A stretch of 63,658 bases of DNA, counting the filler, from Sphacelaria rigidula (taxonomy: Eukaryota), in assembly GCA_964200075.2 (NCBI GenBank). It is 3 parts of 3 records of this genome, joined end to end, with 100 filler letters (N's around TTAATTAATTAA, not from the genome) between each part and the next. Parts side by side here need not be neighbours in the genome. Positions count along the whole stretch, not along the records: positions 21,276 to 42,439 come from CAXNAA020000459.1; 2 more parts are not named here. The stretch is one strand, 5' to 3'. Shown here piece by piece: positions 26,701 through 39,114 of this stretch (position 1 is the stretch's first letter; each line of letters starts with the position of its first letter). The position numbers were made by a program, and so were the translations under genes. Below the pieces are notes generated by a model, which searched no databases, was not told the DNA's origin, and saw only the letters and a list, made by a program, of their open reading frames with translations.

Positions 26701-29700
26701 TAGGTAGCATTTAATGGAGTATTCTTGTTCGGATGTGAAATAGTCCTCTTGTGCCTGTTGGGTTTCGGGTGTTGGCCTAGAAAAGGTTTACCTTCATGAT
26801 TTTCGCCCTGAAGAGGAACAATTTTGGACCAAACACGCGAAATGGTGAAAGATTTGCGGTGTGCAGCATGCTCTACACTACAAAAATACGTGCTCTCCCT
26901 CGGGAGTCGGCAGGCATGTCCAGGGTGGTGTATTGATGTGCTGATGATGTACTCGACATGAGAGGGCTGGACATGTTCCCGACCCATCCGTTCATCGGGG
27001 GAAAAGCCGCGGGACACAAACACAGAACTGCGAAATGTTCCCCCCGCACACCCCGACTAGTTGGTTTGCGCTGTGAGCAGATAGACCCTTGATATGTTTC
27101 TGAAAGAGAGATCCTGGCTTTCGTCGTTGTGTCAAGTGACAGGGAAATTATGAGCCGGTAAACGATCAATTCTCCGGGTACCGTGAGTGTTGTTGATGGA
27201 AGGCTTGGGTAGCGCACGCACCGGTTATATAGGGTACTGTCGTCAGTTTGCACCCACCTAGACAAGGTGCGCGGGGTATTCCTGAAAAGGTATTCAAGAA
27301 AGAGAAGGTCTAAGATGAGATGTATCTGTCGAAATCTGGCCTAACTAGGGTGAGGCGGGTTTCGGTCTACGAACAGTCTTCTGCGCATATGGCCGTATGA
27401 GGCGAGATGGTTTTCCCCTGTTTTTGCACGGGTGCAGCACATATCCCCAAATTGGTGTGCCTGAAGAATTCGGAGCGAAAATGGTGTTCGTGGCGCGTCA
27501 TTCCAAACTTGCGTCTTGGGCCCAAAATGGTAGCCTTTCAGGAGCAAAAATCACCGAGATTTTCCTTTTGTAGACTACTGTCCTTCCTGTGTTTCGAATT
27601 ATTTGGGGTCAAAAATTATGAAACAGATTTGGTCCAGATGACTGAGTTCGGCTTTCTCAGGGAGTTACTGCTGTGACGGATTACTGAGCTTTTCGAAGCC
27701 TAAAAGGAGACTTGTTTTGTCTCCGATGAACGGCTTGGCTCGAGTAGTAGCAGGTGTTTGGAGACGGGAATGAGTGACTCGACTTGAGTGGTTTTTTGTT
27801 TTTGGCTCGGAATAGATGGCCTTTGTATGGCATATTTTTGGTTCAAGCGAATTAGCCGGCTGGAACGTTCTGATCCAGCGGTATATTTTGAGAGATTCGG
27901 ATATGAAGATTTGCTTGGGATCTCGAGCCTTGCTGCTCGGTTGTGAATATTTGGAATTGTGTATTGGCTTTGCTATCAGGATTTTGGTGCGATTTTCGCC
28001 GTCACCCGTGATGGGCACAATTACGGAAATGTTGTAGCGACTGACTTGTTTATAATGTTATATTTGCTTCCTGTTGGAAGGTTCGGGGAGTGTGATGTCA
28101 TGATGGCACGGCGCAGGCGCTGATTCTGTCGAACGTCTCACGCGATGCGTCGTACGTGCGCTTGAAAGTGTCTGGCGAGGCGTGAGGAACATGGAAGCCG
28201 AAAATTGGTCCTGGTTTGAGTATAGTCAGCATGTGGATGGAGCTTTGCCTTGACTCATGTTGCCTGATACGGTGCAGTGTCACTTGATCGGCAGGCCACT
28301 TCGCTCTCTGGACACCCTTTATGATCTGAGTTAAGTGGTGAACAGTATACGCTAGCGCGGTTGATTGGTGTGTTACTTCATGTCAGGGCTGCAACATATC
28401 GTAGGAGCATGCATGTACAGCGACATGTAAGTCTTGCCACTTTCCAGTGCTGTTTGGTCCGTCCAATGGGATCGCTTGGTGCGTTGCAGAGTTCGTAACG
28501 AAGTCGTGGCGCCTTTGCAGCTCACACTGATCCCAGCTCAGTTGGGTTCCGGTTTTGAGGGGCTTTCTCGCGCAGGTTGGTCGGGATGGGTGTGCATAGT
28601 GCATAGTGTAGTCGGGGGTTCCACCTCAAGGTTTTGCGAGTCTGGTGTCAGCGGCTGCAGTGTACATTGTGGGTGATTTCAGCGAAGTAGGCGAAGAGCG
28701 CTCAAGTGTCGGCTTCGAAGAATCACAATCTGGTGGCATAGTCTTGGCAGGGCTTGGCCACTCTAGAGTTGCTTTGGTCGCGTGGAGGGCGTCGTATACC
28801 CCCGGCTGTGGGGTACACGGGTGTTTCGTCCCTATATTTCGTCGTCGAGAGGTGGCATACGGCTGGGAGAGGGCTGTGGGGATGGGGGGAATACCTATCG
28901 CATTGTGAACGGGCTGGAGCGAACCAGTTTGTAGCACGTTGGAATGCGTGCGAGATATTTGCGTCATCGGACCATCATAACGTGATGGCTTTTTCGGATC
29001 GCAAAAGAAATGATCCGCTACAAAATCAACCGTGGTCACGAGATAGACGTCGCCAGAGTGATTTACCGCCCGCCGAGCAGAAAAAAGAAGAGGGCATTGT
29101 GTACGGTACCAGGCGTTGCACATCATTCACCAAATGGTTACGTGTGCGGGTGCGGTGTGAAGGCAGCAGGAACGGATGGTCTCTATACTATACGGTATGT
29201 GATCCTCGTACCCAGGTTAATCAAGGGAAATTATGAGATTACTTGCAGAAGGCAAGGAATGCGATACCGGATGCCACGCTCGGCTACACGATGTATCAAT
29301 ACACAATACCCTCAATTATGGCCGTCTCTTGATACCCCACGGTGAGAGTACACGAGTTTTCACGTGGCTTTCGGGCCTCTAATAAAGTGTGGCACAATAT
29401 TGACAAGATGTTTGTGGACATCACATACATCCTAGTCTGCTTCCACCACTTTTACAGCGCTTTCAAGCTGAACCAGCGAGTAATGAGGGGGTCTGACTGG
29501 TCGCCCACCATCAACGAACCGTGAAAAGAGGGGAGTTACTGTGCTGGTGCTGGTACCAAAAATGCTGTCACAAATGAACACTCGGTCGAGTCCGACTGCG
29601 TACGGTACTGGCTTCTGCCTACAAAGTGAGGCAGCCAAAAAATTCCATTGTCGGTAGAAAAAGTATGATATTACTCTGCTTGATTTTACTGTAGGACCTA

Positions 29701-29845
29701 GGAGCTGAAACTTTGAAAAAAAGATAAGCAGCATCAATACGCGGAAAGTAACCCACGAGTGATGCTACGGTAGGGGTACACAAAACATTTCTGAGGTTAG
29801 AATTGTTATGAGCCCTTTCCCTCATCCAAAACACGACTTATGAAA

Positions 29846-29852
29846 NNNNNNN
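29846..29852. other. Small assembly gap
   Basis: Seven N. Confidence 0.95.
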
Positions 29853-31271
29853 GGATTACTATTCCAATGTGCTGGGGATATCCCGAATAAATCTGCGAAC
29901 GGGGATGCCCTGACCCATATTCTTGTGCTTCTAGAATCGTTAGGAACCCCAGAACCAGATTTTTTTTCGCGAAAAAAGTCAACCCCTACACGTAGCATCG
30001 CTCCAACGCAGCCAAGACGAAGGGAGAAAATCAGAGCGTTGAAACGATTTGAAATTTTCTGGGAAAAATGAAACTCTACAGGCTGATTCAGGGTGAACGA
30101 CCAAAATTTTACTCCCCAGCGATTTCTCACGCCGTTTACTCAAGTTTGACCCAGAAACTTTCCACACGGGTGCTCTGGGGTATTTTGAAACCCTGCATGA
30201 ACGTTTTTTCTTCAATTATTTTTGCCATGTATCCGGGTCCCAGGAGGCGGTGTGTAAATATCCAAGAGCAGGGTGCGAAATTTCAGGGTCTCACTCGAAA
30301 AACACGGCGTGATAAATCGTCCGTATGTGCGTTAAAGTATTTAGTATACTGTACACACTTACGGCGAATGCCCCTCATTGCTTCTTGATCATAACATGCC
30401 ACTGACGTTTCCTTGCGCTTGAGATGAACCGACGGTCTGGGATCAGCCTTTCGAGTTACGCAGCAAAATCTTGTACAAACATCTCTTGAACTATCTCTGG
30501 GCGAGTCAAGAATTAATTTTGATTTTCGAGCAACCTGTTGGCTTCTGGGGTCTTCACGCTGAGACCGTCGGAAGCCGGTAGTGGGCGGATAAACTTTGAC
30601 TCTGGAATATTCTTGAAAGAAAAAAATCCCCATCTGTAGTAGCCATATATACCAAACTGCCAAGTTTGAGGATCGGAGCATTTCCAAGATAGTTTCAACG
30701 GGAAGCGTCGAGAAACTTTCTGGGCCTTTCATGCATTTTGTCATTGAAAATCCGACGACGCCAAAACCCCACATCGCCGACATATCACGTTTTGGGGTAT
30801 AACCCGATCCCATCCAAAATATCCCCCGATCACATACAAACGTTTTAAAATGAATGTTTTGCGTTGGTTCCCTAGCTGACGGCGGCTACCAACGTCGAAT
30901 CCGGAATGAGATTGGGTACAATTTGTGTCGCGAATTCGCACTTTGAATGTCAGAACAATTCAAAGGTCCCTGAACGGCGAAGAAACGTCTTCACTACCAG
31001 CGCCACAGCAAAGGATGCAAGAAAAAAATTGGTCATGTCACACTCTTCGCTTGCTGGTGGGCGACACCATGGTAGCAACGGTGCTTCATATTGGGTCAGT
31101 TTTGCGTTCTGTATCTCGTGGGGAGACATTTTGGGTAGTCATCCTCAACCAGCCCGTAGCTGCTTTTGTAAAGAATTTCTAAGTTGCGTCTGGAAGGTCC
31201 TTGTAAAAAATCGGCTAAAACCTCCAAATATTTGGCGGGACATTCCACTTTTTGTGTGACGCCGCTGCACC

Positions 31272-31351
31272 CCGTGGTGTACGATAACGGGCATAGGACA
31301 CTTCGGTCAAGGCGGAAGGTCACGGGTTCGAATCCCGACATTGCACTTTTT
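31272..31351 (+). pseudogene. tRNA-like pseudogene or SINE head
   Basis: T-arm CGGG-TTCGAAT-CCCG, weak acceptor pairing GTGGTG/CATTGC, followed by a T5 run. D and anticodon arms are irregular. Confidence 0.5.
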
Positions 31352-32169
31352 GTAACAAAATCTGGTTCCATCGGCAAGGTCATATCTGACGACTACTTTT
31401 TTTTCAACGGCAGAGCGTGCCATCAGCACGTCGTTCTGCAGTTTGCAGCGATACAGCTGAATCGGAAAACTGAAAATTTTATCGTGTGCCGAAGGAACTC
31501 GAGTTTCTTGGCTGTAATGACTCAGCTCGTTTAACAAATAAACCAAAGGGCAGGGCAAAGGCAAGGGTAGGAAAGCAACAGACAAGATACACGAGGGTTC
31601 GTAATCACGCTACACGCCATCCGACAAAGAATCCCGGTTCAAACTGTCGCTGCCAATAGTTGAGGTAAGCCTTGACCGATAAGGCACGCCAAAGGCGTGC
31701 CTAAGGCAAATGGATGAAGGCCCGCGGCAGGCGAAAATATTGGGGGTCAGGCGACAACTAAGGCATGCCCGACACCCAATTCCATGCCTGACAAGTCAAA
31801 TCCATGCCTGAGATGCCCTAGTTTCTGGATTTGATTTACCTTAGATTTGCCATAGATAAGCTCCCCGGTATTCTGACTAATTGGAGTTGGCGTCGTCATT
31901 CGTGTGCGTTACTTCCATTCTTTGTTGTAGTATGTGTGTTTGTCTCGCCCAAACAAGGCATCTCAGGCGTCATACCCCCTCTCAGTAACCCCTTTCTGAA
32001 AAGGGGCTCTGAGGCAAAAAGAGAGCCTAAGTTCAGGTATTGACAAGCAAGGTGTACACAAACCGTCCCCTCCCTTCGCTCCCTCCACGGGACATCCATA
32101 TGCTGGAACATCCTGTCTCCAACAAACTGATCCAATGCAGTCAACCTGCCCGTGTTCACCCCAACTCTA

Positions 32170-32545
32170 CGTCCTAAAACTCTGCGGATAGCTTGACACA
32201 GCAACCTCCCGTTTGTAGTGAAGGTCCGATTGGAGTTTGTCTTGAAGTCACCACGTGTCCGCAAAGTCTTTCGCCCCTTTCTCCACTTCGGGATGCCCCT
32301 TTCTCCACTTCGGGATGCCAGTTGCCCCCATTATTCATCGCAGTGACCCGATCTTGCGTGTCTTCGACTCCCACATCGTAGACAAGCCATTTCCGTCGAG
32401 GTCCTTTGCGTGGAAGAGCCCCTGGCGCACCTAGGTTATCCTCGAGGCGCCACCCCCCCAGTGTTTGAAGGGCTGGTCAGCCTCCTTGAGTGCTTGTGCG
32501 GCTAGCCGACAAAACATAATGCGCTTCGGAAGGCACGTTTCGTTC
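32170..32545 (-). mobile_element. Third LINE fragment (3' part of ORF2)
   Basis: Translation NWHPEVEKGA and NSNRTFTTNGRLL matches 11119-11322 (KWHLGVEKGA, NSNGTFTTNERLL). Confidence 0.8.
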
Positions 32546-32607
32546 GAGCTTGGGTTACCAAGTGAGCTTGAGCTCTAGCAGATTCTCGTGAGGATCCCAT
32601 TCTAGCT

Positions 32608-35600
32608 TCATAACACACACATATTAACACCGTTTACCCCGATGAGCTTGACGTCATACAAAAGCGTGGCGTTGGGCGGCACCCCTCGCTGCGGCATGCC
32701 CTTGTCTCCGTACCCCAAGACGGGCGGTACGCTGATCACCCTGCTTTCGCCAACGCACATTCCAACCAGCAGTATGTCCCACCCTGGAGGAAATTGTCCC
32801 TTGGGCTGCTTGCCCAGCACGAAAAACAGGGTTTTGTCTCCACCGCGGCCGACCACCTCACGACCGTTCACCTGTTGTATTTGAAAAAAAAAGACGATGC
32901 GTGAATACCTATGGTACCCTCATGTTTGTTTTTTTTCGATTTGTTGGCGCAATCAGCCAGGACTACACATTTGGTGCTGTGCTTCCTGTCGTTGCGGTTG
33001 GAGACCCCGATACTATGATACCATCTAACTTCGGCCTGTTAAACATCGATTTCGGTTATGCTGAATTGGTTAAAATTTCAATTCGGCAATGTTGACTCTT
33101 CGGCAATTTGCACACGTAACAGGTCATGCCATCTTGGCGCTGTAGAATCTCGTGGCCAACACCTGAAGCATTCTTAGCATACCCAACAGAGAAGCCAAGA
33201 AGCGTCTTTGCGACGAGTAATCACAACCTGAACGATAGATTTCACCGTCAAAAAGTGCAGTGCGTACAGTTTCGAAATTTGTCCATTGCAATAGACAAAA
33301 GATGGAGCTCTACGATACTGTACGCAGTACACCTTTTAACAATGCCATCATTATTTTTTATTTTTTTGTCACGACTTAGTCTGCTATGTCGTTCTGTCCG
33401 ACCCCTCTTTCTTTTTTTTCTGTTTTTTTTTTCTTTTTCTCAGAGCGTGTTTCAGTTTCGTTTTTGTTGGGTACGTCTATCATGTCAGTATCATGTCAGT
33501 ATCATGTCACTATCATGTCACTATCATGTCACTATCACGTCACTATCACGAGACCACGACTGGACCCCTGGGGGGTTAGTTAAAGTGCGACAATCAATTA
33601 GACCAATCAGTACGAATATGGTTCAGGGTATCGAGTTAATCGACCCGACAGAGATACACAATAAAATCGGCACGTCGACTGCCCATTTCTGTCCCGTTCT
33701 ATCCGTTTCGTTTTGTCGTGAGTATACAACTTCCATCCATGAGGTTGATTACGTCGAGTGGCTGACTGACCATCGAGCAAATTATACGTCCATGCTTTCG
33801 CAGCCACCAAAGGCATGCCGTCGTTATCATATTATCTACGACCTACATTTCTTAACGGGATGAATTAGCTGATTGCTTATCGCACATGACCTGATGTGCG
33901 TGGTTTCAAGATTAACGTAATTAAAATGAATAAACCACGCCGTGGAAAACAGGTTACATTGTCAAAAAGTGTACTGCGGACAGTATCGAGTATTGCGTCT
34001 ATTGCAATAAACAATACATTCCATACTGTACACAGTACACTTTTTGACAGTGTAATCTATCGCCATTATCCAGGGTGCGGAACGAGCACAAACACTCGCT
34101 GAAGAAAACTCGAAGGTCGAGAAAGGGGTGGGGGGAGAGAAGAACGGGAAAGTTGACGGCCACACCACAAACACTTTAGACTCGGGCCGTTTATTGCACG
34201 AAACCACTTCACCTCGTGCATGACACGTCAGTTCAACATTACCGTAGGCAAGCGGGAATAGCAGACGGGTCCAGTGTCAGCGCAAGGGGAGAGGAGAGTG
34301 ACTGACAGTAACAAGATCTACTCGAAAGGGGGCAGGACCTGCGTCAATGTATCCGTCCCGCGGACAGCAACCCCTGTACTGACCGTGATGCTAGAGCCGT
34401 CGAACACGGTGCCGTTCTCCAGAGTACCCGTGTACTCTATTTCCAGCAAATCACCGCGCTGTGCCCCTCGACATGTACTGCATGCCTCACTTTTCTCGCT
34501 GCTCAGCACTTTTAAAACTTGCTCCTGAGTGTGTGGAAAATGACGATAGGGTGCGGCATATGTAAAAATTAGTACGAAAGGAGCGCGGAACCTCCCACGG
34601 CATATCGTCATTGGTGAGTGTGTTGCATACCCAAGGACATGCGTCCTTCCCACCCCACGCCCCATTTGTTTTCGTCCACAGGAGACAGATAGGACAGCTA
34701 GGGACAATTACCGTGCACTTTGCTATTTCTAGTTTCGTACAGCGCTTTCCAGTGCCCTCCACCTCGCCGCCGCTTCGAGCTCAGCCCCCAAGCTGAATTG
34801 TCATTAAGACCGTCCGATGTACGGGTAGGCAGCAAGGCGAGAGTGCACCCCCCACCCAGGTAGTCTCGGACTTGGATGATAAATTATCGTCGCCGAGTAA
34901 CCCTCCTTGCAATGTCCCCCAGCTCGACCCTGTACACGAGTCACCCTTCCCATCCGAGCATTGATCCCCTGACCTTCACCCCCCTTTTTTATCACACCTT
35001 CAACCTGTCCCCTTTTCCGGGACGAGGGCGCGTGGTCTCAAGTGAACTACCCGTGTCTTCCCCGGTACACACCATTTTGATATCGTGGATTGGATCATGA
35101 CCAGCCCTTTCGCACCGCGTCGATCTCGTCAAAAAACGCCTCTGTACCACGCACGCTCTCACGATCTTCAACGACGTAATCCAGATACATCTACTGCTGC
35201 TCAGAACTTGCTATTATTATTGCTCACTGTTAGTATCGAAAATTTCAAACGAACGATACAAGACGACGCTATTGATGTCGCACCCCCTGGTTCTGGTTGC
35301 CTCCCTCTGGAACGATCTTCGTAGAAATAGGCTCGAATCCTTGGTTCGCACTTGAGTCGGAAGAAGGCGATCCGTTCGGTTTTAGAAGCTCGCTGAACTG
35401 GGGATTGTCCATTGGTTCATTGGAAGACATGGACGGGCGCACAAACGAACAAAAAACATTATTTGAACACGAGAAAAACGAGGTACACGAAAGCGGACGC
35501 GACGCTCATCGAATCGTATACCCTACACTGTTGCGAATAGACAGTTGCTTGCAAGGGTGCACTTTGCCCTTCCGGCGTTTATCGCACATGTTTGTACGCC

Positions 35601-36387
35601 TGTCACCCCACCCTAAATTGGTATTTGCGTTTGCACATGATGCAGGGGTACCTTGCTTGTATCCCGAAACACCAGAGTGAGAGGTCGGGGGCTGTTCTTG
35701 ATTATGCCCTTTACAGTAACTGCCGACTCCCGCTCCACGCTAACCCCGTTGGCGGATACGACCACCATGTCGGGCTTGATCCTTGGTCGAGATGGGAACC
35801 AGTAACGGACGAAGAGGAGTAGTCGGTGACAAAATATTAGGGCCACGCATAACTCGGGGATGAGGAAACAAAAAAGCAAAATGAGGGTGGTCGATGATGG
35901 TTGTAAACAACCACGTTTGACCCATAGACAATCCCGTCGACAAAAGGAACCAAAATGCCGGAGTCATCGATGGTGATTCATCCAGAAGCAACGTCTGCTA
36001 TTTCTCCGCAATGATTAACAGCGGAGTTTGAGATACAAATTTTGCAAGCCACGCATACTCCTGGTACTACAATAAATAAACGTGACATATCATTCTGAGA
36101 AAAAAATGAGGGCTAAGCAAACAGGCAGCAACCAATATGCGGAAAAGGGAATTGGCAAGAAGTCGCTGACAAAAAGTATGAACAAAACGCTGAGCAAAAG
36201 TTCACGGGTCGCTTGGGTTTCTTTTCTTAGGCACCACTGAAATATTGCCCATGTGTATGTATCGATCGTGCTATCGTGCTCTTGCAAACGTGCTCCTTGT
36301 TCTGGCGTCTCACCGACTTCGGCTAGCTGCTGCTCCCCCTTGAACAACGCGCTTCACCAGGACCCGAGACGAGCCCTTATATCGTAC
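32608..36387 (-). CDS. FKBP-type peptidyl-prolyl isomerase with upstream PDZ-like segment; 5' exons not found
   Basis: Exons 36387-36314, 35781-35652, 35397-35284, 34524-34384, 32871-32608, all phase-compatible. FKBP motifs GDLLEIEYTGTLENGTVFDGS, GWDILLVGMCVGESRVISVPPVLGYG, VPPNATLLYDVKL. Confidence 0.9.
33478..33548. repeat. 11-bp minisatellite TATCATGTCA(C/G), about six copies
   Basis: Direct tandem units within an FKBP intron. Confidence 0.9.
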
Positions 36388-36480
36388 CTGCGCGCTCGTT
36401 CAGGAAGAGAAACAACCGACAATGCCGACGGCCATGGTGATAAGAACAGCAGCAACAATACATCGTGACAGTAACAATAT

Positions 36481-37562
36481 CACACCCTGTACAACTATGA
36501 CTAATAACTAACAAAGTTAGTTGTTTTGTCGACCAACTACCGGGTAGTTGTTTCCAAATAACTAGTTGCGCACGATTCTGAGAGATTAGATGTTTGGAAA
36601 CAACTAGTTGCACACGATGCTGAAAGAGTAGATGCTGAAAGAGTAGTTGTTCGGAAACAACTAGTTGCGCACGATTTTTGAACTGTGGTTGCTTGGAAAC
36701 AACTAGTTGCGCGCGAATCTGAACAATGAGTTGTTTGGAAACAACTAGGCGCACTCGATTCTGAACACGTAGTTGTTTGGTGGCCCGGGTAGTTGTCAAC
36801 ATCGTGAAACAATTACAATTAGACCGCTGGCTGAGATCGAGCTGGCGCATGAACATGTGAGCACCCCACGCACGTACTCACACACAAACACACACGAGAG
36901 ACCAAGCGCACCAAATGGCAGCTGTGCCACCAGCCGCCCCGAAACCAGCACCAGCTTCTCCTACACCAGCACCAGCAGCAGGTGGTGGCCAGCAAACGCG
37001 TTTGTGTCTCGATGTCGGAGGGGAACCGTGGTTGATCAAGCCAGTTTGAGGTGCCGCATACATGAAGCAACAGTAAAGCCTAAACCTTGAACGTGTCATG
37101 CTCGCGCCCCGAATGACGAATGCCTTTGCTTTGCATCACACCGTATACTTCTGTCTTTTCCTTTATCCAGGAATAGGTCCGCCTGATCTTTCTGGCTTAC
37201 TCCCTGTCCTGCGCGGATACGAGTTCACACCACTACTGTATAGCGTTTTCATTTGTTCCAACTATACTCAACCAAAGTTAGTTGCTTGTCGACCTACTAC
37301 CTGGACATTGTTTGGAAACAATTAATTGCACATGATTCTGAACAGATAGTTGTTTGGGAACAACTAGTTGCGCACGATTCTGAACAGTTAGCTGTTTGCG
37401 AACAACTAATTGCACACGATTCTGAACAGTTGGTTGTTTGGAAACAACTAGTTGCGCACGATTCTGAACAGTTAGTTGATTGGAGATAACTAGTTCCACA
37501 CGATTCTGAACAGTTAGTTGTTTGAGAAACAACTACCAACTGTTAAAGTTGTACAGGGTGTG
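36481..37562. mobile_element. 1.08-kb non-autonomous hAT element with 42-bp subterminal arrays
   Basis: 16-bp TIRs CACACCCTGTACAACT / AGTTGTACAGGGTGTG; TSD AACAATAT / AAAAATAT (7/8); arrays at about 36545-36780 and 37308-37535. Confidence 0.88.
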
Positions 37563-39018
37563 AAAAATATACACGAGAAATGGTCTGGAAAAGTGTACTT
37601 TTACCACACCCTGGACAATAGGCGGCATCTAGTGCAATAGCAATGGAATCTGCTGCAGTAGATACCAACATTGTGGTCCGTAATGACCATCGATCGGCAA
37701 GTTTCTCTTTCTTTTGTCGTTGGCAATATCTATCGATAGACCAGTTTCCCACACTCTTGTCTGGGCAGCAGTCTGCTGTGGCCCTGCACCGAAATCTATT
37801 GATGGCAACAATGACTATCGATAGACCGCGTGCCAAATCTATTGATGACGGCGATGACTACTGACGGATTGTATACCGAATCTTTCGATTACGGCAATAG
37901 CTATTGATAGATTGCGAATAAATCTATGCATGGCGGCAATGAATATTGATAGATACATATTAGAACCTACTGTGGTATGCAATGCCTGCCGATAGATGTT
38001 TTCTGTCGTCTATTGCACACCCTGGACAATAGAAGGCATATATTGGGGTAGCAATAGAATTCACCGTAATAGACGAGTATATTCTCGATCGTAGTGGCTA
38101 TCAAAGATGAAATTTCTCCGTCCGTTGCCCTGACCGTGTGTATTTACTCAAGAAAATAAATCCATTGCTGGTGACCAGGTGTATTGACAGGAAACACCGT
38201 AATCCATTGTCACAGACCATTTATAGTGATGGAAATTTGCGGAATCTATGGCGAACGACCATGTGTATTGATATATCTCGATGAGAACATCACCCAGCAC
38301 ATTGTTTCCAGCGATGGATATGGCCAAAGATATTTTGCAGTCATTGTTCTCCACAATAGATATCGACATACCTCCTTGTGTAGATTCTTTGGATGTGCAC
38401 ATCGCGCCCTACAGGGTGGGCGTCAATAATATGTACATGTGCCCATCATTTCCGACGAGTCGACGGCAGAAAAAACTGCTCCCCACAATAGATATTCACC
38501 CATTCTCTTATGTAGATTCTTTGGGTGGGCCATGTCAGGTCTAGCCAACACTGCATCCCGGCGATTAAGATCTCATTCACCAGCACCATATGCCGTGGAT
38601 ACGAAATAATATATATTATTATGTTAGCCCGCAGAAACCCATGGGTCATGGTCGCATGATAGATGTACCCAAGAAAAGCAAAACTGCAACACTCGTTCAA
38701 GAAAATGAAGGAGCGGAAAAAGGTCCGACATGCAGGATCATGTTTGCGTCTACAGATAGCGTCCGACAGGGCGCGTGCCGATAGTACGCACATGTTCGGA
38801 TCATTACCCACATGTTCATATTCTCGTCCTCTGTAATGTCAGTATATACAAGGGCACAAAAGGAAAACGATGGGGCACTTCGTCCTTCGTCCAGGACATG
38901 TCAACACATGCCATGTCTGCAGAAAAAAAGACGTTACATTTTTGACGGCCTGAACGCGTGCCAACCAACCCCCACGAAGCAAACAACGCAGGAGCACCGC
39001 AGTTTGACCACATTCATC

Positions 39019-39114
39019 ATCCTCCCCATGAGCGACAACGGTATCCTCCCCATGAGCGACAACGGTATCCTCCCCATGAGCGACAACGGTATCCTCCCCA
39101 TGAGCGACAACGGT
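39019..39114 (+). repeat. Perfect 24-bp tandem repeat, four copies
   Basis: ATCCTCCCCATGAGCGACAACGGT four times, encoding ILPMSDNG. Confidence 0.95.

Noticed and set aside
31272-31345. Functional tRNA gene
   Set aside because: Acceptor stem is mostly G-U pairs and no 7-nt anticodon loop can be drawn.
33126-33863. 245-aa ORF
   Set aside because: It is intronic, antisense to FKBP, and runs through T-rich and minisatellite sequence.
36545-37535. CRISPR-like array of palindromic repeats
   Set aside because: The sequences between palindromes are near-identical rather than unique spacers, no cas genes are visible, and the arrays lie within hAT TIRs and TSD.
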